From the human T2T-CHM13v2.0 reference genome, Homo sapiens: a DNA stretch of 64,000 bases. Position 1 is the first letter of the stretch. Each line of letters opens with the position of its first letter. A program made the position numbers and the translations under genes. Below are positions 17,070 through 32,475 of this stretch, in pieces. Location of the stretch: the NCBI RefSeq assembly GCF_009914755.1, contig NC_060942.1, one strand, 5' to 3'. The notes beneath the pieces are model-generated. The model ran no database searches and was not told the origin of the DNA. It saw nothing but the letters and a program-made list of their open reading frames with translations.

Positions 17070-19589
17070 ATTAACAAGACAAAAAAAAAATGAGAAAAAT
17101 AATTCAGTCAACTGAGAAGAACAAAAACCTTTATCCAGAAAAAGCAAGATCCAAGAAGAGAAAAACATAAAAGCCTTTTAAATATACCTATTGCTTGTTT
17201 ATACAGTTTTAATTAAGCTGACCTTTAACCATAGCGCTCTTCAACCTAAAAAAAAAATCCTTTTAAATTGTTTATTACCCAACTTTAGCCATGCCAAGTG
17301 GCCAATATTTTTGGCATTTGAATTCCACAGGTAACTTCCCACATGAAATTAATAAGTTTTAACTAAGGTTATAACTTAACCATGGACACACACGTGTCTC
17401 AAAGAGATGGTAAGCAGTTGCTTTTTTTTTTTTTTTCTTTTAAGATTTAGAATCTCCCCTGGGTAGTTTAGAGAAAGGAAAATTCAAGACAGGAAATCAG
17501 CTATAGCAGGGGGGAAACCTCAATACATGGCAAAGTTACATAAATAAAAAACCAGAAGGGAATCATTCCAGAAGCCAAAAATAGACCCCAGGCCGCCATT
17601 GTCAAAAGGCAAAGCCCTAGCTACTGAGTTACAGCATTGAGCAGTTTCTATTGCTCTTCCCAGAAGGAGCCTAGAGAAGTCCATTTCAAGCTTGCAAAGG
17701 CTTTTAACTGCTCAAGAAAATGTTTAGGGCTAACTATGACATGAATCTCCAAATTCCTGTCTTCTAGAAACCAAGAGAAAGTATCCCCACATGGTCACAG
17801 GTTAAGCTCTTAAGGACACAAAAGAAGACAGAGAAATTTCATCCTGTATTGGTTTCAGGGACCCACAGCAAAGTTTGCTGACCAGCCTGCCAGGCTAGCT
17901 TGAAAAGTGGGCTTGAAAGTGGGTCTTAAACCCACATTCTATCCTGTGATACTCCTTTCTCCATTACAGAACACGGAAAGACAAATTCTTAACACTAGGT
18001 ACACCAGATTTGCTACCACCTAAGACTAGTCTCACAAATCCTTTTTCTATTAATCAAACCCTTGCAGAGAGACAAATAGTGACATTTCCTATTTACCCAG
18101 ACAGAGAAAGAGAGAGACACCAGAAACCTGGCTGGTAAGAATTTCTTACCCTTTTTCGCTGGCGTACCAGGTTTCTAGGCTCCCTTTCTCTGCAGCTTCC
18201 AGAACAGAGCAGCCTCTGATGACCTTGCTCACTGCGCCATAGCCGTGAGGTTCAAGCCACTTTATGAAAGAAAATCACCATTTCCTGCTTTTTTTTTTTT
18301 TTGAGGTGGAGTCTCCCTGTGTCGCTCAGGCTGGAGTGCAGTGTCCCAATCTTGGCTCACTGCAAGCTCCGCCTCCTGGGTTCAAGCGAGTCTCCTGCCT
18401 CAGCCTCCTGAGTAGCTGGGACTACAGGTGCATGCCACCACACCTGGCTAATTTTTTGTACTTTTAGTAGATATGGGGTTTCAGTCTGTTAGCAAGGATG
18501 GTCTTGATCTCCTGACCTCGTGATCCACCTGCCTTGGCCTCCCAAAGTGCTGGAATTACAGGCGTAAGCCACCGCGCCCGGCCCACCTTTTCCTGCTTTA
18601 TGGAACCATAGGCAAGATTCTTAATTTGCAGGATGCTGCCCAATAGGCTGCATGGGGGACCGAATTAACATTTTCCATCCCAGCAAAACACACATAACAA
18701 AACAAACATTAGTCACCTCCTTCAGCACCCAATATCAACCTGGCAAAGCTCAAACTTTTTCCTGTTGGTCTCTGTTGTCTGTGATTCCCTCCAGATGGGG
18801 AGGGACAACCTCCGAATGGTAATTCACAATGAGGTCTCTGGGCAAGGCAAAGAGCAGATAGTCACCCCGAGACAGATCTGTTGAGCCTTCTTTAGGGCTC
18901 ATCAAATGTGACCAGACAAATAAGGAGGGTTCTCTGAGTTAGGCCTGCTGAACTTCCATCAGCAACCCCTTCTGAGATCCCTTCCACATATACAACCACA
19001 CACAAAGACGAGAGGACAGAGGCCTTCCAAATCAGATCCCTAACCAAGAACTCCAAGAGTATCCCTTCCAAACTACCCTCTTATTCTCTGAGAAACCTGC
19101 TCGAAATCTTCCTGATTAAGGAGAAGTCTCCCAAACCAAGACTCTTCCTACTAGTTACAAAGCGCCAACCAAGAACCCCCAGGAGCCAAACAGACACCTC
19201 AAAGTGGGGCTACAGACACAGACACCCCATGGTGGAGCTACAAACAGACACCCCACAATGGGGCTACAGACACCCCACCATCGGGCTAGAGAACCAGTCA
19301 GGAGAAGGAAGGAGGCGTTGGCAGCGCCTAGGATACTCACCAATCCAGACAACCTACAATGGGGCTACAGACAGACACCCTGTGATAGGGCTACAGTTGA
19401 GGGATGTCTCCCCATGACATTTCTCTGTTGTAATTAAACCCATGCACATTGGGTTGGCAGTGTCCCCCGAGTGGAGAGAATACCATAGTCCTCCGCCAGT
19501 CCAAGAGAACCAGGCTGCCACTTGGGCTGGCTTCTGGATCCATCACTGAATGGGGGCCACTGAACCATGGGCGGGTAGCCACAAGGGCA
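17070..19589 (-). mobile_element. ERV1 internal 5' region (HUERS-P1/MER4-group), non-coding
   Basis: Directly follows a tRNA-Pro PBS and LTR8 end on the minus strand; leader splice-donor-like GGTGAGT (ACTCACC near 19335). Confidence 0.75.
18289..18583 (-). mobile_element. Alu inserted in ERV internal sequence
   Basis: TSD CACC(A/T)TTTCCTGCTTT. Confidence 0.96.
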
Positions 19590-19607
19590 ATCCCAGATAA
19601 GCCCCCA
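19590..19607 (-). other. Retroviral primer-binding site, tRNA-Pro
   Basis: Minus strand TGGGGGCTTATCTGGGAT versus canonical TGGGGGCTCGTCCGGGAT; 3 mismatches, all at CpGs; 4 nt from the LTR end. Confidence 0.85.
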
Positions 19608-19611
19608 AATT

Positions 19612-19757
19612 TGTAACCGCTCAAGGGTTTCACCTTGCCCACTGCCTAGACAGAGCCCTTTCATTACGACAGGAGAATTGCAATAGGGAAAGGGTAATTC
19701 ACACAAAGCCGGCTCTGCGGGAGACTGGAGTTTTATTATTACTCAAATCAGTCTCCT
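19612..19757 (-). mobile_element. LTR8 3' portion (truncated 5' LTR of the provirus)
   Basis: Minus strand GAGACTGATTTGAGTAATAATAAAACTCC...GGGCAAGGTGAAACCCTTGAGCGGTTACA. Confidence 0.8.
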
Positions 19758-19916
19758 CATTAGGTTTTTAAATACAACTTAAAAATCTGACTGTACTCTA
19801 TGTAAATTTAGAAACTTGAGAATGATTTTCTGTTTACTCTAGTTGAACAGATTAAACTATCTTCAATAATAATTAATACTTATGTACTTAGTTATTTAAA
19901 TTATATAAAGCATTTT

Positions 19917-20225
19917 GGCTGGGAATGGTGCCTCAAACCTGTAATCCAGCACTTTGGGAGGCTGAGGAGGGTGGATCACTTGAGGCCAGGAGTTCGAGAC
20001 CAGCCTGGTCAACATGATGAAACCCCGACTCTACTAAAAACACAAAAACTAGCCAGGTGTGGTGGTATGAACCTGTAATTCCAACTACTCAGGAGGCTGA
20101 GGCAGGAGAATCACTTGAAGCTGGGAGGTGGAGGTGGCGAGAGCCGAGATCGCACCACTGCATTCCAGCCTGGGTAACAAAGCGAGCCTGTCTTTTTTTG
20201 AGACAGGCAGCCTGTCTCAAAAAAA
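19917..20225 (+). mobile_element. AluS with palindromic 3' end
   Basis: Full Alu, TSD ATATAAAGCATTTT. Confidence 0.95.
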
Positions 20226-20625
20226 TATATATAAAGCATTTTGAACTACATTTACATTTAATAAATTATTTTTTCTTGTATAGTGATTCAAATTCCTGAC
20301 AGGAACCAATTTATAATTCTACTCAGCAATAACACACCAAGCATGTAAACTATTGTTATAAATATAATAAATTAAACTTATAATATGTCAAGGTGTTTAA
20401 ACATTCCAATACCTCTTAGAAATGATAAAATTTTAAGTAACAATCTGCTTAAAAATCAAAAGATTGGAGCATCATATTCTCTCAAACATTGAAATATTTT
20501 AACAGCATGCAGATGAATCTGAACTTATCACAGTAGTATTGACATTGGAGATCTGAATTATATTAATAATCCAGGTGAAAGACAATGATGGCCTGAATTC
20601 ATGTTATATAGAACACCTGGCTAGA

Positions 20626-20880
20626 TTTTTTTTTCTTTTGAAACAGGGCCTCGCTTTGTCGCCCAGGCTGGAGGGCAGTGGCGTGATCTCAGCTCACTGC
20701 AACCTCCGCCTCCCTGGTTCAAGTGATTCTCTCGCCTTGGCCTCCTGAGTAGCTGGGATTACAGGTTTCCACCACCATGCCTGGCTAATTTTTATATTTT
20801 TAGTAGAGACGGGGTTTCACCATATTGGCGGGGCTGGTCTCAAACTTCTGACCTCAGGACTCTCACCTGACCTCAGGTGA
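20626..20880 (-). mobile_element. AluS lacking its 5' end
   Basis: Reverse Alu ending at GACCTCAGGTGA and fused to an MLT2 LTR. Confidence 0.93.
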
Positions 20881-21262
20881 CTCTCAGTCCAAGGCCTGAG
20901 AACCAGGGAAGCTGATTAGGTGACTCTGTCCAAGGGTGAAGGCCTCAGAACCTGGGTGTTGTGGGGAAGCCACTGGTGTGTAAGTCCTGGAGCCCAAAGG
21001 CCGGAGCCTGGAGTTCTGATGTCGAGGAGAGGAGAAGAAGGGTGTATCTCGGCTCCAGCAGATAGACCAGCACATTCCCCTTTTCTCTGCTTTCCTTCTC
21101 TGCGGGTCTGCAGCTGACTGGGTGGTTGCTGCCCACATCATTGAGGGTGGACATTCCCCCGCAGGTCCACTCAGATCACGTGTAAATCTCTGGAGACACC
21201 ATCACAGACACATCCAAAAATAATGCTTGGCCAGTTTTCTAGGTCTTCCTTAATCCAGTTAA
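20881..21262 (-). mobile_element. MLT2 (B/D-like) LTR fragment
   Basis: CCAAGGCCTGAGAACCAGG, TGCCCACATCATTGAGGGTGG, CACCATCACAGACACATCC..TAATCCAGTTAAG. Confidence 0.8.
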
Positions 21263-21654
21263 GGGGTCAGCTGGCTGGTGTGCCAGAAGGTTGTTGGAAC
21301 CCTCAACATGCATGGGTGTTCCCAGACTTGCAGGCAATCGGCCACCAATCTGTACACAAAAGCCCCATGAGACAGAGGACTGAATGGTCCCCATTTCTAG
21401 AAGGGCTCACTGGACCGAGATGAGAGGAAAATTCCTAGTTTAATGTTGAAAAATGTAAAATCTGAATATCCAAACTGAAGTTCTGTTTCTCATTTTTCTC
21501 AGGTTTGGAATCTTGAAGTTCAAAGCTGAGACTATCCCACAGCCGATGCATTTGTCCAGAAGTTCATGGAATCCAGAAGCTCTCAAGTCCGTCAGCAGTT
21601 TTCAGGGTGTTCTTGGGAGAAAGTCTTAAGAACTCCCTCCAAAAAAAAAAAAAA

Positions 21655-22408
<754 letters not shown>

Positions 22409-23539
22409 TGACATTTGAAAAAGAAAGTCAAAGGCAGACATAAAATAAGCAGATATCAGAAACAAATTAACGGAATGACTTCAAGAGTGACAACTTTAAA
22501 GCAGTTCTATTTTGAGAGGCAGCAAGAACGTGGCAAAGGAATCCACTGTCTCTTTTGCAGCTCGCCCTGCAAGGGTGACCAGCTGCACCCAGGACGGGAT
22601 GTGCCACAGCTGACAGGCGACACTCTCCTTCCCATATGCAGCAACAAAAGCTTTGCTTCTTACCAGTTTTGCAGAATTGTTTTGAGGCAGCAGCAAACAG
22701 CAGCACAGGACAGAAAAGCCTTTTATCCGCCTTCATCCCGGAGATGAAATGAAGCATGGTCTGTGGAGGAATACGCTGCGTGGCCCTGTTACAACAAAAG
22801 CACAATTAACACTGAGATCTCGCACACGTGTATCTAGGACACGCCAAGGAGGGAGTGCAGGGTCGTCAGCCAGGACTGACGGCGGTGTCCTCTGCGCATG
22901 GGGTGCAGCCCACCCTCTATGAGGAAGAGGCCACCTCTCCGCGCAGTGTTGGGGAGTCGGCATGGAGGCGGTGTGGAAGCCCTGGGGGTCCTCATGTCCC
23001 CTGAACCTCTTGAGGCTCAGTTTCCTCACTGCAGATGGGAACCATGTTACCTCTCACCGGCGATTGGAGTGTCCAAGAAGAATGACTTGGTGATTCATGA
23101 CCTAAGAAGGACACGTGCACAGGGCTGTGGGTGTACCTCTGAGAACCGCTATAGCTAAAGCTGTGTCGACTATCAATTTACTTATAGAAATCCCAGTGCC
23201 TGTGAGATCAGGGTTTTGTTAAAATCTGCACTCATTCCAGAGGTCCTGGCTGCATTTCATGGCAGACCTTGCTGAACATTTCCAGGAGGCAAATGCAGTT
23301 CTGGGGTCGATTTGGTGGGCGTGTTCCAAAACATAACATTTACTTATACTCAGACTTGAAAACCATCTTTGTGCAACCACCACCCGCTCTCCACCAAGAA
23401 CTGACTTTTCACCGAGGCCTCCAGAGTATAATCAACCTTTCGGGTTTCTCATTCCATGGTGAAGTCGTGAGTTCTCCCACACAGATGTGAAAGGAAATAC
23501 TTTCAAAATGTTAAGATATCCGCTGGAATAAGTGGATCA

Positions 23540-23869
23540 TTCCCCACAAAGTAGAGGATGGGTTTCATTGACTCATGAATAGAATGGATCCCCCAAAGTG
23601 GAGGATGGGTTTCACTGGTCACTGATAGAATGGATTCCCCAAAGTGGAGGATGGGTTGCATTGATTCATTGATAGAATGGATCCCCCAAAGTAGAAGATG
23701 GGTTTCACTGGTCACTGATAGAATGGATCCCCCAAAGTGAAGGATGGGTTTCACTGATTCACTGATAGAATGGATCCCCCTAAGTGGAGGATGGGTGTCA
23801 TTAATTCATTAATAGAATGGATCCCCCAAAGTAGAGGATGGGTGTCACTGACGCATTGATAGAATGGAT
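23540..23869. repeat. Minisatellite, about 7 copies of a 46-47 bp unit
   Basis: Unit CCCCCAAAGTGGAGGATGGGTTTCACTGRTTCACTGATAGAATGGAT. Confidence 0.92.
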
Positions 23870-24034
23870 CATTGCATTTCCACTGGGAGTCAGACACTGT
23901 TCCTGTGGGTGCTGTTCCCAAGGGTCAAGGGTGCTGGGCCTGGGCCTTTGACTAACTTGTTTGGATCCTGTGCCTTGCCTGAGCCTCCCTGACTGATACA
24001 TCTGCACCCCTGGGTGCCTGGCTTCATTTGCAAT

Positions 24035-24335
24035 AGATTCCTGCCTCTCCCAGTTTCTGGGAGTTCTGGGCACTTCTTGACACCCCTTGGCTTCTAGCTG
24101 CATCCTTCTGATCTCTGCCTCCATCTCTGCATGGCGTTCAGGGTCCTCTCTGTGTCTGTGTTCTAATGTCCCCCTTCTTTTAAGGACATAAGTGGTCCAT
24201 GGATTTAGGGCCCACACCCTAATCTACTATGACCTCATCTTAACTGGATCATATCTAAAGAGACTCTATCTCCAAAGAAGGTCACATGCAAAGGCTCCAG
24301 GTGGTGTGAATTTGCGGGGAGAGTGTTCAACCCAG
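24035..24335 (-). mobile_element. MLT1 (B/C-like) MaLR LTR fragment
   Basis: TTTTAAGGACA..GGATTTAGGGCCCACACCCTAATC..TATGACCTCATCTTAACT. Confidence 0.75.
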
Positions 24336-25267
24336 GGCATATCTTGAGCAAGGAAAACAAGGGGACCCCCAGGCCCTGGGGGGGGCCTCCCAGTAGAGCC
24401 CCTGCTCAGGCAGCAAGCACAGTGATGCAGGGGCCTCAGGCTTCCTCTCCTTGACTGAGGCACAAGACAACTTTTGGGGCTAAATATCATGCAGATTCAT
24501 TAAGGAAACATTTATCAAGTGCTTATTGTGTGCCTGTCATTGGCTAAGAGATGCTCACTGGGAGGTGGAGGTTCAGCATTGCAGGAAATACAGTCCTTGG
24601 CCTCAGTGGGTTTTCAACATTTCCCCTAAGTAAACTGCATTCGACTATTAATACCAAAAACAGCCACAAAGAGAAGCACTCTGACGGTTCTTCCAATTAC
24701 TAACATTTGTTGTTTGGTCACGCGTGGCCACAAAAAAATGCCCTAAATTCATAATTTTTAAAAATTTATATCATTGAAAAGATAAAATGCATTCTTTGGA
24801 AATACTAGGCCTGTTGACAGAGCAGCTCTGTGAATGAGAGGCTGACGCCCAGTGGACGTCTAGCCGCTCCTTTCGTCTCAGAATATTGGAGTGAGGGAGT
24901 GAGGGAAACAATATTCCTAAATACAACACAAGGTTTTAAGATATCATAACCCCTTCTTTGCATTCAAAGGAAACAGAAAGACAAGGTTATGAACCTGAAG
25001 TTGTATTAGGAAAAAGTATACCTTCTGAAAATACCAATTAGAATCCCAGAGTCATGGCCCATTGTTCTGATAATGTCCCAAATTCTTACGAAGAGGCACA
25101 AGGTACGCACATGTCAAGAGAAACTCTGTTATTGAGCCCTGGAGTTCCATGTTAGATTGAATAACCTGAAGACAAGTTAGTGCTATTGTGTCTTTTGTTT
25201 GGACCTAAAGTCTTAAGCCTTGTTCATAGCCCTTCAGCGTTCAGTCACATTCATCTTCCTGTATATC

Positions 25268-25780
25268 TTCTCCTTCCTTCGTTCCTTCCTTCCTTCCTTC
25301 CTCCCTTCCTTTCTTCCTTCCTTCCTTTCCTCCCTCCCTTCCTTCCTTTTGTCCCTCCCTCCCTCCCTTCTTTCCTTCCTTCCTCCCTCCCTCCCTCCTG
25401 TACTCCCTCCCTCCCTCCTGTACTCCCTCCCTCCCTCCTGTACTCCCTCCCTCCTGTACTCCCTCCCTCCTGTACTCCCTCCCTCCCTCCTGTACTCCCT
25501 CCCTCCCTCCATCCCTCCCTCCTGTACTCCCTCCCTCCCTCCTGTACTCCCTCCCTCCTGTACTCCCTCCCTCCCTCCTGTACTCCCTCCCTCCTGTACT
25601 CCCTCCCTCCCTCCTGTACTCCCTCCCTCCCTCCCTCCTGTACTCCCTCCCTCCCTCCTGTACTCCCTCCCTCCCTCCCTCCCTCCTGTACTCCCTCCCT
25701 CCCTCCTGTACTCCCTCCCTCCCTTTCTTCCTCCCATCTTTCCTCCCTCGCTGCTTTCCTTCCTCCCTCCCTCCCTTTTT
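25268..25780. repeat. Polypyrimidine compound repeat: (CCTT)n then (CCCT)n blocks punctuated by CTGTACT
   Basis: About 16 units of (CCTC)2-4-CTGTACTC between 25390 and 25720. Confidence 0.95.
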
Positions 25781-25904
25781 CTCCAATCATACTTTTCCTC
25801 AATTTGCCTTTTTTTCACACTCACACTTAGACCTGCTTCAGCCTCCTGCATTCTTAACGCTGCTTAGCGCCCCAGACAGCTCAAGGCCAGAGACAGTCGC
25901 CCAG

Positions 25905-26040
25905 CCCAGTGCTTCTCACTTCCACCTGCCCACAAATGACCTGCACACCTTGTGGAAGTGCAGATCTCATCTCAGCACATCTGGGGTGGGCCTGAGAATC
26001 TGCATTTTTAACAAGCTCCTGCTGTGTGGCCCACACGGGA
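25905..26040. mobile_element. MER5-type MITE remnant
   Basis: CAGTGCTTCTCA..TCTGGGGTGGGCCTGAGAATCTGCATTTTTAACAAGCTCC. Confidence 0.65.
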
Positions 26041-26650
26041 GCAAAGAGGGAGATTGCTTGGGCAGCCCCTGGCCCCTCGTGATGCTCAGGTTCTTTTCTT
26101 TTCCTGTCATCGTAGAGAAGGCACACATGAGTCTGGTGGGGTGAAGTCCTAGCATGCGAGAAGGTGTGAACAGGGAGACACAGCATCGCGAGGGTGGTGT
26201 TCCGACAGCGCAGTCCTGAACCAGGTTGAGGCGGGAGCCGGCTGGCTGGTTTGCTTCTCTCCAGGTTGAGAACCCAGCAGAGACCGACCGAGGGGATGCA
26301 GCGCACAGTCATGAGATGAGCCTTCACGTCTCCCGATGGGGACCCCAGAGGTGTTCTCTGGACACTCACACACGCACCAGGGAACAGGGGGCTCCACGTG
26401 CACACCTTGGCTGGCTGGGTGTTTTTTTTTTCCATTCCCGGGTCCCATCTGGATGGAGAACATCTCTCAGAGCAGAGTGGCACTTCCAGCAACCAATGAA
26501 TACCCCAATTAACCTCATGCCAGATATCTGAAAGGGTCATTTGAGACATTAAAGAGACATTTTGTTCATTATGATCAAAAGCTTCTCTACTTGAAGGCAG
26601 ACCACACACCACGATTCATGCTAAGGTCACTTAGAAAATAAAGAAGTGGT

Positions 26651-27002
<352 letters not shown>

Positions 27003-27307
27003 TCATCGCTGACTCACCACCCACATCTTCCTGACGCTTAAATTATGTTCTCGAAAGGCCAGCTCCTCGGAGGCATCGGATCCAAACTGCTGGCAGCATT
27101 TACAGCCTGTGACACTTGAAGTTGAAATGATAGAGCACTACTTAAGCATCGCAAATTCAGAATAATCTGTTTGGATGACAGACCCCTTTCCTTCCAATCC
27201 AATGGCAGTGTCTTTTAGATTTCTTTAATCAGAATATTTTCTTAAAATTAGTAATGAAGTGATTACAATATTATAATTAATACTATTTGCAAATGGTTAT
27301 AAAATAA

Positions 27308-27669
<362 letters not shown>

Positions 27670-28127
27670 AATCTGGGCCATTCTTGACTGCTACAGAGAA
27701 AAAGCAAGATGAAAAGGAAGATGTCAGCGAATTGCTGTTTTTTGGCTGCTTAGAATGAGAAATTTACAAGGCTAGGATCCCAGGCTGAATTTTCTTATGG
27801 GCACTGTGATCCTGTGTCCCATATTTTTTGAGGCAGTCATAATTTCAAATGTTCTCTTTTGTTATTTTTATCAATACATTATAGTGTGTCAGACTGTGAG
27901 TCTCCACTTTTATTGGACACTTTATCTAAGGATATGTGCCCCGAGCAAAGAGATGTGTCAGGTCTTTCATCAAGAAGCCTGGGGAGCAAGTACAAACAGA
28001 TCAAAGCAAGTATGTCCTCACCACCTCCAGGCACACACCTGGATGGCGCATCCACAGTACCATCTTCCTATGGAAAAGAAGTTTGCAAAAACAAGTCTGG
28101 CAAATGGGATATCAAAGTGGTACGGTC

Positions 28128-28332
28128 TGGCCAACATGGTGAAATCCTGTCTCTACTAAAAATACACAAATTAGCTGTTTGTGGTGGCGTGCACCTGTAA
28201 TCCCAGCTACTGGGGAGGCTGAGGCAGGAGAATCACTTGAACCCGGGAAGACAGATGTTGCAGTGAGCCGAGATCGCGCCACTGCACTCCAGCCTGGGTG
28301 AGGCAGCGAGACCCTGTGTGAAAAAAAAAAAA
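28128..28332 (+). mobile_element. AluS, 5'-truncated
   Basis: Starts CTGGCCAACATGG, A tail. Confidence 0.93.
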
Positions 28333-28491
28333 GTGGAAAAGTAAAGTAAAAAAAGTTATTTTCACTGGGTTGGAAAAATTTGATGTGGAAAGAGAAAGCT
28401 GTAAATTTCCAGCTAATTGGCGGAGTCTCTAATAGGAATGGCTGAAATGTTAATGACAGACTCCCAGTAATTCCCATGAATCAAAAAGAAC

Positions 28492-28781
28492 TTTTTTTTT
28501 TTTTTGAGACAGTCTTGCTCTGTCGCCCAGGCTGGAGTGCAGTGGTGTGATCTCGGCTCACTGCAACCTCCGCTTCCTGGGTTCAAGTATTCTCTGCCTC
28601 AGGCTCCCGAGTAGCTGGGATTACAGGCACCCACCACCACGCCAGGCTAATTTTTGTATTTTTAGTAGAGATGGGGTTTCACCATCTTGGCCAGGCTGGT
28701 CTTGAACTCCTGACCTCGTGATCCACCTGCCTCGGTCTCCCAAAGTGCTGGGATTACAGGTGTGAGCCACCACGCCAGGCC
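28492..28781 (-). mobile_element. AluS
   Basis: TSD AATCAAAAAGAACTTT. Confidence 0.96.
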
Positions 28782-28954
28782 AAATCAAAAAGAACTTTGA
28801 AGAAGCAAGTATGTGTCACAAAAGCTGTATGATATATGCACACGTCATTACATGGACACACTTGAACATGTATCTCCAATCAAGAAACTTTCAAAACGGG
28901 AAGTACAGGTTATTTTACCAACATACCAGAAACTGCGTATTTCAGCTCACATTC

Positions 28955-29249
<295 letters not shown>

Positions 29250-29415
29250 TCAGCGCACATTCTTGATGAAGGCAACATGCTGCATGTAACATTCAAATTA
29301 CTTTTTGAAAATACTGTTATATCACAGCTAGGTACAATATTCGTAGGGAAATAGGGGCAGTTGAACAGTCCTGCTTTTGGTGGTGGTGGACATCACTGTG
29401 AGGCTGGAGGATGAG

Positions 29416-29760
29416 GAGCAGCAATGAGAACATGTATGCTGTAGTGAATGATAAGTGTATTCAGGGAGGGAAAGGAAGACGAGGCTTTTTAAGGAGAAAA
29501 AACATGAGGAGGATTATATAATTCTTTTAAAATAATTATCTTTGGCTCTAAAGATCAAAAATGAGTGACACCAGTCTGAAGTAAGACAGGCAGTTGCTGA
29601 GCAGATGTTCTTGCAGAAGTATTTTTTTGTGTAAGGCTGTGATGGCTTTTGTGCAAGGTTGTGGGTTTTGCAGTCTTTGTGATAGTTTTTGTTATCAGGA
29701 ATACGAGCGTGAGAACCCTCTTTTCATGGCCTTCCTTGGCTGTATTTGTCAAGGGTTTTT
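29416..29760 (-). mobile_element. MER65-type ERV1 LTR (3' LTR, both termini eroded)
   Basis: Collinear with 38874-39205 (ATTCAGGGAGG.AAAGGAAGAC, GACAGGCAGTTGCTG.GCAGATG, TTTGTGCAAGGTTGTGGGTTTTGCAGTCTTT). Confidence 0.8.
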
Positions 29761-29915
29761 TTGTTTGTTTGTTTGTTTGTTTGAGACAGGGTCTTACTCT
29801 GTCACCCAGGTTGGGGTGCAGCGGCGCTATCTCAGCTCACTGCGGCTTCTGCCTCCTGAGTTCAAGCGAATCTCCTGCCTCAGCCTCCCAAATAGCTGGA
29901 ATTACAGGCATGTGC
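29755..29915 (-). mobile_element. Alu right-arm fragment
   Basis: (TTTG)n tail then reverse Alu ending at ACAGGCATGTGCCA. Confidence 0.9.
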
Positions 29916-30301
29916 CAAATTTTGCACCAACCTAATAGTACTACAATAGCACAAGAATTTTTTTATTTAACCAGTGAATACTAAAGGATATTTTTAGATT
30001 ATTAGCTTCTGTTAAGTTACAGCAGAAGCTATTAATTGTGAAGTTGTAATTACATCATTCTTCCGCCAAGTGAAAAAAGGTAGCATTAACGGGGGTAAAA
30101 GCCTCATTATGATATGGAGTCTTGTTCTGATGTCTTGGAAAAAGCTGTCTACAGTGTGAAAACACCAACTTCTCTTTCCGATTTGTAGCTTAAATGGCTC
30201 TGGTAATGACATTGGGCAGCTTATTAAACTTTTTGTGTGGCCCACACATAAGCATGACTTGTTTCTTAAAATTTATCTACTTTCAGTTTATAGGGCTTTA
30301 G

Positions 30302-30562
<261 letters not shown>

Positions 30563-30747
30563 TAGTTCAAGAATTATAGCTAAATACTGGAGGAAATTAG
30601 AAGAATTTAGTATCTAGTTTAGTCCATAAATAAATAACAAGAACTTGAAAGCAATGCAAAGGGCTATAATCTAATAAAAAGTATATTGCAATTTTTATTG
30701 GGAAACATAACTTTTTCTCTCTGCATTGATTACATGGGAATCTCTGA

Positions 30748-31114
<367 letters not shown>

Positions 31115-31496
31115 TACCTACAGTCTTAAGGTTCTTGGGCTTTCCAGAAAATGACAGTTTGTACTCACTCACTGTAAGCCTGGGAACTCTTGAAGCCAGG
31201 CATTTTATGCACATTCTTAAACGTGAAGTTTCAGTCGAAGCCTTGTTAATATAACAGTGTTCCCAGTTGTATCCCCCTTATTAAGAGAAAGCAGATCTTT
31301 ATTGAACATATGTAAACAAAAATAAGAATACTCACAAATAGTTTTTGAATTCTGGAGGAATCAAATAGGGAGAAAAAGAAAATGCTTTCACTATTCGTTC
31401 ACCAAAGTATACTTTACCAAATTGTTGTAAACTATAGATAGCTTATGAGAAAAGTTTCTTTAAATCTGGAAAACAAAATATTTAAATAAAGAATCA

Positions 31497-31829
<333 letters not shown>

Positions 31830-31922
31830 TTATCTTGTTACAAAGACTTTATCTTGGTCAATTACTTAATGTCACATAATGAATTTTTTTGTTCTGATTG
31901 ATCTTGATTAGCAGTTTTATGA

Positions 31923-32259
<337 letters not shown>

Positions 32260-32475
32260 TTCATTTATCTTAAAGTTAGCAGAAATCTGTGTTTCAAAGT
32301 GCTTGTCTTTTGCATGAAGAGCAATTTTGGACTATAGCTGATCGCAAATGTTTTTAGAGAAGAATTTGAGACAACAATAGCTGTGGATGACAAAAACTTA
32401 GAATAGCCATGGTTAAAATCTGATTAAAATTCCCAATTGATAAGGAAATTTAGTTATTTCTAGTACATTCAGCAT

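Noticed and set aside
19590-19607. tRNA gene
   Set aside because: Only an 18-nt complement of a tRNA-Pro 3' end next to an LTR, i.e. a PBS.
25180-25867. Five overlapping 180-216 aa ORFs (LPPS / REGG repeats)
   Set aside because: Artefact of a stop-free simple repeat.
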